Shown piece after piece: positions 45,823-53,143 of a DNA stretch of 64,000 nt. The notes under the pieces were generated by a model. The model was not told the origin of the DNA. It worked only from the letters and a program-made list of their open reading frames with translations, and made no database searches. This stretch comes from Candidatus Limnocylindrales bacterium (lineage in GTDB: Bacteria; Chloroflexota; Limnocylindria; Limnocylindrales; CSP1-4): contig JBBRXB010000001.1 in the NCBI GenBank assembly GCA_038248915.1, positions 229,097-293,096 of the forward strand. Direction: 5' to 3'. The number at the start of each line of letters is the position of its first letter. Position 1 is the first letter of the stretch. The translations under genes were made by a program, and so were the position numbers.

Positions 45823-47979
45823 CTACGACACCCGCTTCGTGCGCCGGCTGACGAAGTCGACCAGGACGTATTCGCCGAGGTGCTCGGGGGTGGCGTAGAA
45901 CGCCCGTCCCCGGTTGAGCCGGGTCATGTGCGCGACGAAATCGGCCAGGGCGCGTGACCGTTCCAGCATGAACGTGTTGATCGTGATCCCCGCCTTGGTG
46001 CAGCGCTGGACCTCGAGCAGGGTCTCCTGGATCGTGCGCCGCGTCGGGGGGTAGTTGAACTCGACCTGGCCGTTCTCGAAATGGGCGGTCGGCTCACCAT
46101 CGGTGATGACCACGATCTCCTTGTTGACCGCTGGGTTGCGCTCCAGGATCCGGCGGGCGAGGAGCAGGCCGTGCTGCAGGTTGGTCCCGTATTCGTAGCC
46201 GTGCCAGCTCAGCTCGGCAAGGGCGCCCGGCCGGATCTCCCGCGCGTAGTAGGCGAACCCGATGACCGACAGATGGTCGCGCGGGTACTGCGTCCGGATG
46301 AGCGTGTCGAGCGCGACGGCCACCTTCTTGGCCGCCAGGAAGCAGCCGCGCAGCAGCATCGAACGGCTCATGTCCACGAGCAGCACCGTGGAGGTCTGGG
46401 TCAGCTGCTCCGTCCGGTGAACCTCGAAATCTGTCGGGGCGAGGCGGACCCGACGATCGCCGCTGGCAGCGCGTGCCGCCGGGGCGTTTTCCTCGCGGCC
46501 CAGGGCGTTGAACAGTGTCCCACGCAGGTCCAGGTGGAACGGGTCGCCGAACTCGTACGGCTTGGTCGCCTCGTCGCGTTCGCCGCCCTGCCCGCCACGA
46601 TCGATCCGGTGGCCACCGAACGCATCTCGCTGGAGCCTCGCGAACAGGTCATCGAGGACCTTCTGGCCGATCCGCCGGCTGCCGCGCGGGGTCAGCTCCA
46701 GGCGTTCGCCGTCGTGGGTCAGGTAGCCGGCCTCCTCGAGGCGGCGGGCCAGGTCGTCGAGCGCCTCGAGCTCGCGCAGCGCGTCGTCGCCCAACAGATC
46801 GCGGACCTCGTGGCGATCGATGCCGGCGAGATCGGCCGGCGACTCGACGCCCGACAGGGCGTCCTCGAGGCGGTCCATCGCCTGGAGCCGGCCGATCTGG
46901 GCGAGGGCGCCATCGAGCCCGAGCGGTTCGTCGCCACCGAACGGAACCCGGTCGCCCAAACCGCCCGGCAACAGCAGATCCAGGTTCGACGCGAGCTGCG
47001 CCAGGTCGACCAGCAGCCGGTCGTCCCGGAGCAGCGCGTCCATCATCGAGGCGAGCTCGGCCCGTTGCTCCGCGCTCATCGAGCGCAGCAGCGACTGCAT
47101 CGCGGCCATCCGCTGGGCGAGCTGGTCGATGATGTCGTCGAAGGTCTGGGCACCGGGGAAGAACTGGCCGTGCTTGGCCAGGAACTCGCTCGCGTCCGGG
47201 TCGGCGCCCCCGATGCGCTGGCGGATCAGTTCGTTGAGGTCCCGGACCATCTCGCGGTTGGCGGCCAGGTCCTCCGGCTTCATCGACTTGATGGCATCCG
47301 ACATCCCGGACACGAACTGGTCGAGGACCTGGCCCTGGAGCTTCTTGACGAGCTCGTCGAACCGCTCACGCGCGTGGGGCTCGAGGAAGTCGTAGTCCTG
47401 CAGGCCGCGGATCTTGTCACCGACATCGGTCGGCAGCGCGTCGAGCTGGTCGAGCCGCCGCGCGGCGACATCGCGGAGCATCTTCCGCAGGTCCTCGGTC
47501 GCGCCTTCGGTCTCGGCGTTCGACGCATCGTCGAGCCGGCGTTCCACCCCGGCGTGCTCCTGCTCGACGATCTCATCGAGCTCGCGGCGGATGTCGCCCA
47601 GCACGTCATCGAGCTGGTATCGCTCGAGCATCGCCTCGCGCTGGCGCTCCAGCCGCTCCAGCAGGTCCTGCAAGCCGGCCATGTCGCCACGGGTCGGGTC
47701 GCCGGTCCGCCAGCCGCGCTCCATCAGGCGGCGCAAGGCCTCGGCCAGATCGCCCTCGGCCATCATGTCGTCGGCGAGCGCGTCGAGGATCTCGTCCGCC
47801 GCGAGGTCGGCGATGTGCTGGCTGCCGTCCCAGGCCGAATAGCGCGCGGCGCGGGCGAGGGCATCCGCAGCGGACGCCGGCGACGGCGACGGCGACGGCC
47901 CCGATCCGAGGCGCGCGCGGCCCCGGGCGCCCGACCGCTCCGGCCCCAGATCCCGCGGATCCGGGGAGTAGGCGGTCAC
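45823..47979 (-). CDS. VWA (CoxE-like) domain protein with long acidic coiled-coil N-terminal region
   Basis: The C-terminal VWA domain shows VLLVDMSRSM (MIDAS DxSxS) and IVVITDGEPTAH. The GTG start overlaps the upstream stop (GTGA). Confidence 0.85.
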   Translation of the reverse strand: MTAYSPDPRDLGPERSGARGRARLGSGPSPSPSPASAADALARAARYSAWDGSQHIADLAADEILDALADDMMAEGDLAEALRRLMERGWRTGDPTRGDMAGLQDLLERLERQREAMLERYQLDDVLGDIRRELDEIVEQEHAGVERRLDDASNAETEGATEDLRKMLRDVAARRLDQLDALPTDVGDKIRGLQDYDFLEPHARERFDELVKKLQGQVLDQFVSGMSDAIKSMKPEDLAANREMVRDLNELIRQRIGGADPDASEFLAKHGQFFPGAQTFDDIIDQLAQRMAAMQSLLRSMSAEQRAELASMMDALLRDDRLLVDLAQLASNLDLLLPGGLGDRVPFGGDEPLGLDGALAQIGRLQAMDRLEDALSGVESPADLAGIDRHEVRDLLGDDALRELEALDDLARRLEEAGYLTHDGERLELTPRGSRRIGQKVLDDLFARLQRDAFGGHRIDRGGQGGERDEATKPYEFGDPFHLDLRGTLFNALGREENAPAARAASGDRRVRLAPTDFEVHRTEQLTQTSTVLLVDMSRSMLLRGCFLAAKKVAVALDTLIRTQYPRDHLSVIGFAYYAREIRPGALAELSWHGYEYGTNLQHGLLLARRILERNPAVNKEIVVITDGEPTAHFENGQVEFNYPPTRRTIQETLLEVQRCTKAGITINTFMLERSRALADFVAHMTRLNRGRAFYATPEHLGEYVLVDFVSRRTKRVS

Positions 47980-49418
47980 CGGTGGTAGACCGTCCCGCCC
48001 GGGACGCGGTCCTTGTTGAGCCGCCGTGCGAGGTGGAGACCCTCGAGCAGGAACTCGACGCCGGACGCGACGACCGCCGGCTCTTCGGCACCGTCGGTCG
48101 CATCGAACACGCCCAGCCGATCGAGCGCGAGGCCCAGCCCGGGGACTTCTCGGACGAGATGGACGTATTCGCGCGACGGCGTCCGATCGCCGGTCTCGAT
48201 CGTGAACCCATCTTCGAACGCCTCGACGACGCCGTCGAGCTCATCGATCGACACGCGCCGGTTGAACGTCGTGTGGAGCGCCTTGGTGATGAGCCGCTCG
48301 ACGATCCGTTCCTCCGGCGATTCGTCACCGGCCGTCTCGAGCTCCACCTTGCCGACCGTCGAGGCGACGACCGCGCCGAGGTCCGACACCCGCGGCGCCG
48401 CGACGGGCTCCCCGAGCCTGACCGCACGCTTCAGGGCTGCGGCCTCCAGGACCTCCGCGTTGGCGACGGTCACGCGGACGCTGACCCCGGACCGCTGGCT
48501 GATCTCCGGCGAGCGGCGGGCCATATGGGTCAACTCGGCGACGAGCTCCTCCATGAACGCCGGCACGACGACGGTAGGCGTCCCCTCGTCGGGCTCGAAG
48601 CGGTGTTTCTCCTGGCGCATGATCGCCATCTCGTGCTCAAGGGTCCGTGGGTAGTGGGTCCGGATCTGCGACCCGAGCCGGTCCTTGAGCGGGGTGATGA
48701 TCCGGCCGCGGGAGGTGTAGTCCTCCGGGTTGGCCGACGCGACGACGTACAGGTCGAGCGGCAGCCGGACGACGAAGCCACGGATCTGGACGTCGCGCTC
48801 CTCGAGGATGTTGAGCAGGCCGACCTGGATCCGCTCGGCAAGATCGGGCAGCTCGTTGATCGCCACGATCCCGCGGTTGGCGCGCGGGATGAGCCCGTAG
48901 TGCAGGGTCAGCTCGTCGGACAGGTAGCGGCCCTCGGCGACCTTGATCGGGTCGACCTCGCCGATGAGATCGGCGATGGTGATGTCCGGGGTCGCGAGCT
49001 TCTCGGCATATCGTCGGTCGCGCGGGATCCAGTCGATGGCCGTCGCGTCCCCGTCGCGCTCGACGATCGCGCGGGCGGCCGGGCTGACCGGCGCGTACGG
49101 GTCGTCGTTGAGCTCGCCGCCGCGGACCGCCGGGAGCCACGGGTCGAGCAGCCCGACCAGCAGCCGCGCCATCCGGGTCTTGGCCTGGCCGCGTTCGCCC
49201 AGGAACACGAGGTCATGGCCGGCCAGGATGGCGTTCTCGATGGCCGGGACGACCGAGTCTTCGTACCCGACGACGCCGGGGAAGATCTGTGCGCCGGTGC
49301 CGAGCCGAGCGAGCAGGTTGGCCCGCAGCTCGTCCTTGACGGTCCGGGACCGCCAGCCGGATGCGCGGAGGTCGGCCAGGGTCGCCGCCTGGGATGTGGG
49401 ACGTTCGATGGGATCCAC
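47976..49418 (-). CDS. ChlI/BchI-like (Mg-chelatase-type) AAA+ ATPase
   Basis: Matching segments are LVFLGERGQAKTRMARLL (Walker A variant), GIVAINELPDL (Walker B), LLNILEERDVQIRG and VVASANPEDY. Confidence 0.85.
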   Translation of the reverse strand: MDPIERPTSQAATLADLRASGWRSRTVKDELRANLLARLGTGAQIFPGVVGYEDSVVPAIENAILAGHDLVFLGERGQAKTRMARLLVGLLDPWLPAVRGGELNDDPYAPVSPAARAIVERDGDATAIDWIPRDRRYAEKLATPDITIADLIGEVDPIKVAEGRYLSDELTLHYGLIPRANRGIVAINELPDLAERIQVGLLNILEERDVQIRGFVVRLPLDLYVVASANPEDYTSRGRIITPLKDRLGSQIRTHYPRTLEHEMAIMRQEKHRFEPDEGTPTVVVPAFMEELVAELTHMARRSPEISQRSGVSVRVTVANAEVLEAAALKRAVRLGEPVAAPRVSDLGAVVASTVGKVELETAGDESPEERIVERLITKALHTTFNRRVSIDELDGVVEAFEDGFTIETGDRTPSREYVHLVREVPGLGLALDRLGVFDATDGAEEPAVVASGVEFLLEGLHLARRLNKDRVPGGTVYHR

Positions 49419-49456
49419 GGTCGTTCCCCCGCTCTGCTGCCGCTGGGACCGCGAGC

Positions 49457-50416
49457 CTAAGCGTCGGTCCGCGGAGCGTCAAACGGGGGGGCCGGACGGT
49501 AGGTCCGGATGGCCGCAAGCACCGCCTCCGGGTCGGTCGTACTGGTCACCACGAGGCCGTCGAGGAAGTCGCGGCGGCGATCGACTTCGATCTCGAAGTC
49601 GCCCGCTGGGCGGCCGATCCGGCGCGCCAGCTCCGGGGTGATGCCCCAGCCGAAGTGCTCGAAGGAGTCCTCCGCCGGGTCCCACGTCGCGAGGACCGCC
49701 GGCCCCAGCCGCTGGACATGGCCGTGACGATCGCGAGCGATCGGCCGCACGTAGTGGGCCGCCACGACGCGACGGCGATCGTCTTCGAGGCGGCGCAGGA
49801 CCAGGACGATGCCCAGGTGCGACAACTCATCGTCGGTCAGCCGGACGGGCGCCTCACGGAGAGCGTCGAACAACCCGTCGAGCGCATCGGCATGGATCGT
49901 CGCCGCGAGGCCATAGCCGATCGACACGGCCCGGACCGCGATCCTGGCCGCCATTCCCCACGTGTAGGCCGGGGTGTGGTCGGACAGCTCGTGGACGAGG
50001 AGCACCGTGGACTCAGGGCGGATCGGGTCGCCGCCGGGCGCCGGGCGAGCGACGCCTGGCCAGCCCAGGTCGGACGCCTGTGGCAGCCAGTCGAAGGTCT
50101 CCGCCTCGCCGGCTAACTCGACGACCCGCACATCGGCTGGCAGGAACGCCATGAGCGCGAACAGGAGCGTCGACTTGCCGACGCCCTGCGCAGCGGCCGC
50201 CACGACGATCGGGACGCGAGCCTCGATCAACAGCCAGAGCTGCGCCGCCAGCTCCGCGTCGAGGGTTCCGTCGCGGAGCAGCGCAACGATGGACCGGGGC
50301 TTTGGCGGGGTCGGACGAAAGGCCCAGCGGCTCCGGGCTGGCGGGATGTCGGACACGGGCGGAGCGTATGGGCCGACTTGCAGGGCGGTCAAACGGGCGC
50401 GGTTCAGCGCTAGCAT
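49457..50416 (-). CDS. Orphan P-loop NTPase resembling a degenerate VirB11/CpaF/PilT-type secretion ATPase
   Basis: The Walker A region is IVVAAAAQGVGKSTLLFALMAFLP. It is followed by VRVVELAGEAE, VLLVHELSD and GLAATIHAD, in the same order as the family blocks RIVTIEDxxEL, ILVGEIRD and TxHA. ATG is at 50416. Confidence 0.55.
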   Translation of the reverse strand: MLALNRARLTALQVGPYAPPVSDIPPARSRWAFRPTPPKPRSIVALLRDGTLDAELAAQLWLLIEARVPIVVAAAAQGVGKSTLLFALMAFLPADVRVVELAGEAETFDWLPQASDLGWPGVARPAPGGDPIRPESTVLLVHELSDHTPAYTWGMAARIAVRAVSIGYGLAATIHADALDGLFDALREAPVRLTDDELSHLGIVLVLRRLEDDRRRVVAAHYVRPIARDRHGHVQRLGPAVLATWDPAEDSFEHFGWGITPELARRIGRPAGDFEIEVDRRRDFLDGLVVTSTTDPEAVLAAIRTYRPAPPFDAPRTDA

Positions 50417-50423
50417 GGGTCGT

Positions 50424-51023
50424 ATGGCTGCTCCGGACGATGGACTGACGATCGAGCCGCTGACGCGCGACCGATTCGCCGACCTGGCCACCCTGTTCGA
50501 GGAAGGTGGAGACCCGAAGTGGTGTTGGTGCGTGTACTTCCGGTTTCGCGGTCGCGACTGGTCGAACTCAACGGCCGCGGAGAACCGGGGCGCCCTCGAT
50601 GAGTTGACGGGGCGCGACCTGGCGCCGGGACTGGTCGCCTACGAGGACGACCGGGCGGTCGGCTGGGTCAGCCTGGCGCCGCGCGAGGACTATGAACGAC
50701 TGACGTACTCGAAGGTCCTCGCCCCGGTCGATGACGCGCCGGTCTGGTCGATCGTCTGTTTCGTCGTCTCTCGACGCGCGCGCGGTCGGGGCGTCGCGGC
50801 CGCTTTGCTCGATGCCGCCGTCGAGTTCGCCCACGAACACGGCGCCACGACCCTCGAGGGCTATCCGGTCGACGCCGGCGTTGGCCGGGTCCCGGCGGCA
50901 AACGCCTTCCACGGCACGCTCAGCATGTTCGAGCGGGCCGGGTTCGAGGTCGTCGAGCGCCGGCAGTGGAACGCCACCACGCCGGTCCGCCCGATCGTCC
51001 GGCGGTCGCTCGGCACGGGTTAG
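50424..51023 (+). CDS. GNAT-family N-acetyltransferase
   Basis: The acetyl-CoA motif A is VVSRRARGRGVAAALLDAAVEFA. TAGCAT lies 7 nt upstream of the ATG. Confidence 0.8.
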   Translation: MAAPDDGLTIEPLTRDRFADLATLFEEGGDPKWCWCVYFRFRGRDWSNSTAAENRGALDELTGRDLAPGLVAYEDDRAVGWVSLAPREDYERLTYSKVLAPVDDAPVWSIVCFVVSRRARGRGVAAALLDAAVEFAHEHGATTLEGYPVDAGVGRVPAANAFHGTLSMFERAGFEVVERRQWNATTPVRPIVRRSLGTG

Positions 51024-51290
51024 CTGTAATTCGCATCGAGGTCGTTGGCAGGGCCCGGCCGGACCGTGTCGAGGCCCCATCGGACCTGCCCGTCCTTGTA
51101 CGGGTGGACCGTATCGGCCGATTCTGGCGCTCGCGGACAGGTCCGGCCCGGCGTTCCGCGATCGGACGTCGCTCTTGACGACGTCCAGCGACCCGGCGAT
51201 CGGCCTGTCCGGTCCACCGATGATCGTCCTGCCAGTATCAGGGGTCGTGACGTCCCCCGCGGTCCACCGGTCGGCCGCCGTCATCAACAT
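51020..51290 (-). pseudogene. Small ORF with an apparent +1/-1 frameshift near 51115-51125 (pseudogene, sequencing error or recoding)
   Basis: From ATG 51290 to about 51125, one frame has codon-position-3 G/C of about 87% (MLMTAADRWTAGDVTTPDTGRTIIGGPDRPIAGSLDVVKSDVRSRNAGPDLSASA). From about 51120 to the TAA at 51020, a different frame has about 88% (SADTVHPYKDGQVRWGLDTVRPGPANDLDANYS*). Neither frame alone gives a sensible gene. Confidence 0.4.
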
Positions 51291-51305
51291 GGTGCCCTCA
51301 CCCGT

Positions 51306-51438
51306 ATGCCATTCGAGAGCATCAATGCGCCGCGACCGTGGATGGGCTGCGACCAACCCATACCATTCGAGACATCAGGGCAGCCCAGCATCGTGAACCA
51401 AGTCCCGGGCGCAGCGCCGATATGCTCTCGAGTGGCAT
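51306..51438. repeat. 17-bp inverted repeat ATGCCAYTCGAGAGCAT (arms 51306-51322 and 51422-51438) with a third degenerate direct copy at 51359-51376
   Basis: The arms differ at one position. On the plus-strand transcript that position would be a G-U pair. The arms are separated by 99 nt. Confidence 0.75.
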
Positions 51439-51464
51439 GTCGCTGGGAGACCCTTGTCCCGAGG

Positions 51465-51501
51465 TGGGATGCCCGTGAGATGGGATGCCCGTGAGATGGG
51501 A
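51465..51501. repeat. Tandem 16-mer tgggatgcccgtgaga x2.3
   Basis: Perfect copies lie at 51465-51480 and 51481-51496, followed by the partial copy tggga. Confidence 0.85.
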
Positions 51502-51595
51502 CAGTCCCCGACCCAGCACGCAGAGCGCCCAGGGGCCACGCGGCGGCCGCCCCGACGCCATCCGTCGCGGGTCTACCATCGTCGTCTGACGAGGG

Positions 51596-51624
51596 TTGAC
51601 ACTCGTTTCGCCCGGCGGTAGACT
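51596..51624 (+). promoter_or_regulatory. Near-consensus sigma-70-type promoter TTGACA-17-TAGACT
   Basis: TTGACA at 51596-51601, an exact 17-nt spacer, then TAGACT at 51619-51624. The predicted transcription start is near 51631. Confidence 0.6.
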
Positions 51625-51678
51625 GCCGACCGGCTCGCATGTCGCGCGCACAGACCCTCCAGACAGGAGGCGGCTCGA

Positions 51679-51765
51679 ATGAAGATCACGACCTCCCTCC
51701 TCCACCGATGCGTTGCCCCCGACCCGGCGTTCGCACGCGGGAGTTCTGTGCCCATCTCGAGCTAG
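51679..51765 (+). CDS. 28-codon small ORF (MKITTSLLHRCVAPDPAFARGSSVPISS), candidate leader peptide or small peptide gene
   Basis: AGGAGG lies 8 nt upstream of the ATG. Codon position 3 is G/C in 23 of 28 codons, even though the surrounding region has lower GC. It sits between the consensus promoter and a U-tract terminator. Confidence 0.5.
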   Translation: MKITTSLLHRCVAPDPAFARGSSVPISS

Positions 51766-51786
51766 ACCGAAGGCGGCAAGGCCGCC

Positions 51787-51834
51787 AGCCGGACGAACCA
51801 GAGCCGTGGGCCAGATCGGGTCTCCGGCTTTTTT
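51787..51834 (+). terminator. Candidate intrinsic terminator / attenuator
   Basis: AGCCGGA...TCCGGCT forms a 7-bp outer stem, with an inner helix GAGCC/GG(t)CTC. It is followed directly by TTTTTT (51829-51834), which is rare in this GC-rich sequence. A perfect hairpin GGCGGC-AAG-GCCGCC (51772-51786) precedes it. Confidence 0.55.
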
Positions 51835-51969
51835 GATGCCCTTCCCCGCCCGCCAGGCGGTCACGGGACACCAGAGCCGCGAGGCCCACCGACCACCAGT
51901 CGGATGCGACCCGCGGCCTTTTCGTTCCCAGGCCCACCCCCTCGCGGACCCCACCATCCGGAGCCTCCA

Positions 51970-52899
51970 GTGACCACCATCCTCGATCCACAACTGAAGA
52001 ACGGCTCCCCGAGCCGACCGGATCGACCGGCCGCGACGGACCTTCCCGACCTGCCCTTCGCGGCCATCGGGCGGAACCCCCTCCGACCCGCCGGGCCGCC
52101 CGCCCTCCTCATCGAGGATGTGACCAAGCGGTTCGTCGTCAGTCGGAAGAAGCCGCCGGTCATCGCGATCTCGCACGTGACGCTCCGCCTCGAGCGCGGC
52201 GACATCCATGGGATCCTCGGTGCCAACGGCTCCGGCAAGTCGACGCTCATCCGCCTGATCTGCGGGCTGCTGACGCTCGATGAGGGTCGGGTCGAGGTCT
52301 TCGGTCACGACATCGTCCGCGACGAGATGGCGGTCAAGCGGCTGATCAACCGGGTCAGCGTCGATGCCGCGTTCTTCAAGAAGCTGAGTCCGATGGAGAA
52401 CCTGCTCTTCGCCGCACGTCTGTATGGCCTCGATGGCAAGACGGCGCGCGGCGAGGCGATCGCGATCCTGGCCCGACTCGGCATCTCGGAGAAGCGGATC
52501 GACCGCCCGATCGAGCAGATGAGCCGGGGGATGCAGCAGAAGGTCGCCATCGCACGGGCCCTGCTGACGAGCCCGACGCTGCTGCTGCTCGACGAGCCGA
52601 CCACGGGTCTCGACCCGCGATCCAAGCTCGATGTCCAGTCATTCATCGAAGAGCTCCGGGAGACCCACGACGCGACCATCGTCCTGACGACCCATGACCT
52701 GGCCGAGGCAGAACGCCTGTGCGGCCGGATCACGATCCTCAACGACGCCCGGGTCGTCGCCGAAGACACCCCGGAGGGCCTCAAGACCCTCATCAGCGAT
52801 CGCGTGGACGGACCCGCGACGCTCGAAGACGTGTTCATGACCTATACCGGCCGCTCGCTCGACGACGACGTCGAGCCGGACGACGCCGAGACCGAATGA
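51970..52899 (+). CDS. ABC transporter ATP-binding protein (ABC-2/DrrA-like exporter type)
   Basis: Motifs are Walker A (GANGSGKST), signature (MSRGMQQK) and Walker B (LLLLDEPTTGLD). GTG 51970 has GGAG 6 nt upstream and is preferred over ATG 51904. Either start leaves a Pro-rich N-terminal extension of about 50 aa. Confidence 0.85.
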   Translation: MTTILDPQLKNGSPSRPDRPAATDLPDLPFAAIGRNPLRPAGPPALLIEDVTKRFVVSRKKPPVIAISHVTLRLERGDIHGILGANGSGKSTLIRLICGLLTLDEGRVEVFGHDIVRDEMAVKRLINRVSVDAAFFKKLSPMENLLFAARLYGLDGKTARGEAIAILARLGISEKRIDRPIEQMSRGMQQKVAIARALLTSPTLLLLDEPTTGLDPRSKLDVQSFIEELRETHDATIVLTTHDLAEAERLCGRITILNDARVVAEDTPEGLKTLISDRVDGPATLEDVFMTYTGRSLDDDVEPDDAETE

Positions 52900-52914
52900 A
52901 GGGAGGTGAAAACG

Positions 52915-53106
52915 ATGTTGTTCAACCCGGAACTGCACGGGCGGATGGCCCAGGAGCGGATCGATCGCGAGCTGGCGATCGCCGAGCTCCTGCGTCGTGT
53001 CCAGCAGCCATCCCAGTCCATCCGCCGGGCGGTCGGCCACCGATTCATCCAGATCGGGGCCCGGCTCGCGGCGGAGCCATCACTCAAGTCGGCTCGGTCC
53101 CGCTAG
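52915..53106 (+). CDS. 63-aa hypothetical helical protein inserted between ABC ATPase and permease genes
   Basis: ATG 52915 has GGGAGGTG 6 nt upstream. Codon-position-3 G/C is high. The product is MLFNPELHGRMAQERIDRELAIAELLRRVQQPSQSIRRAVGHRFIQIGARLAAEPSLKSARSR. Confidence 0.6.
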   Translation: MLFNPELHGRMAQERIDRELAIAELLRRVQQPSQSIRRAVGHRFIQIGARLAAEPSLKSARSR

Positions 53107-53143
53107 AGGGCCGGGCCGACTCCCCCGCCTGGAGATCACTTCG

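Noticed and set aside
51740-51835. SRP (4.5S) RNA, because of the GACCGAAGGCGGCAAGGCCGCCAGCCGGA segment and a terminal hairpin with a U-tract.
   Set aside because: The conserved domain IV features are not present in the right arrangement. These are the GNRA tetraloop closing helix 8 and the symmetric and asymmetric loop sequences of the GGAAGCAGCC / AGGUCC type. The hairpin has a 3-nt AAG loop.
51904-51969. ATG 51904 as the start of the ABC ATPase.
   Set aside because: It has no SD-like sequence upstream, whereas the in-frame GTG 51970 has GGAG at 6 nt. Either way the N-terminus is an uninformative Pro-rich extension, so this remains uncertain.
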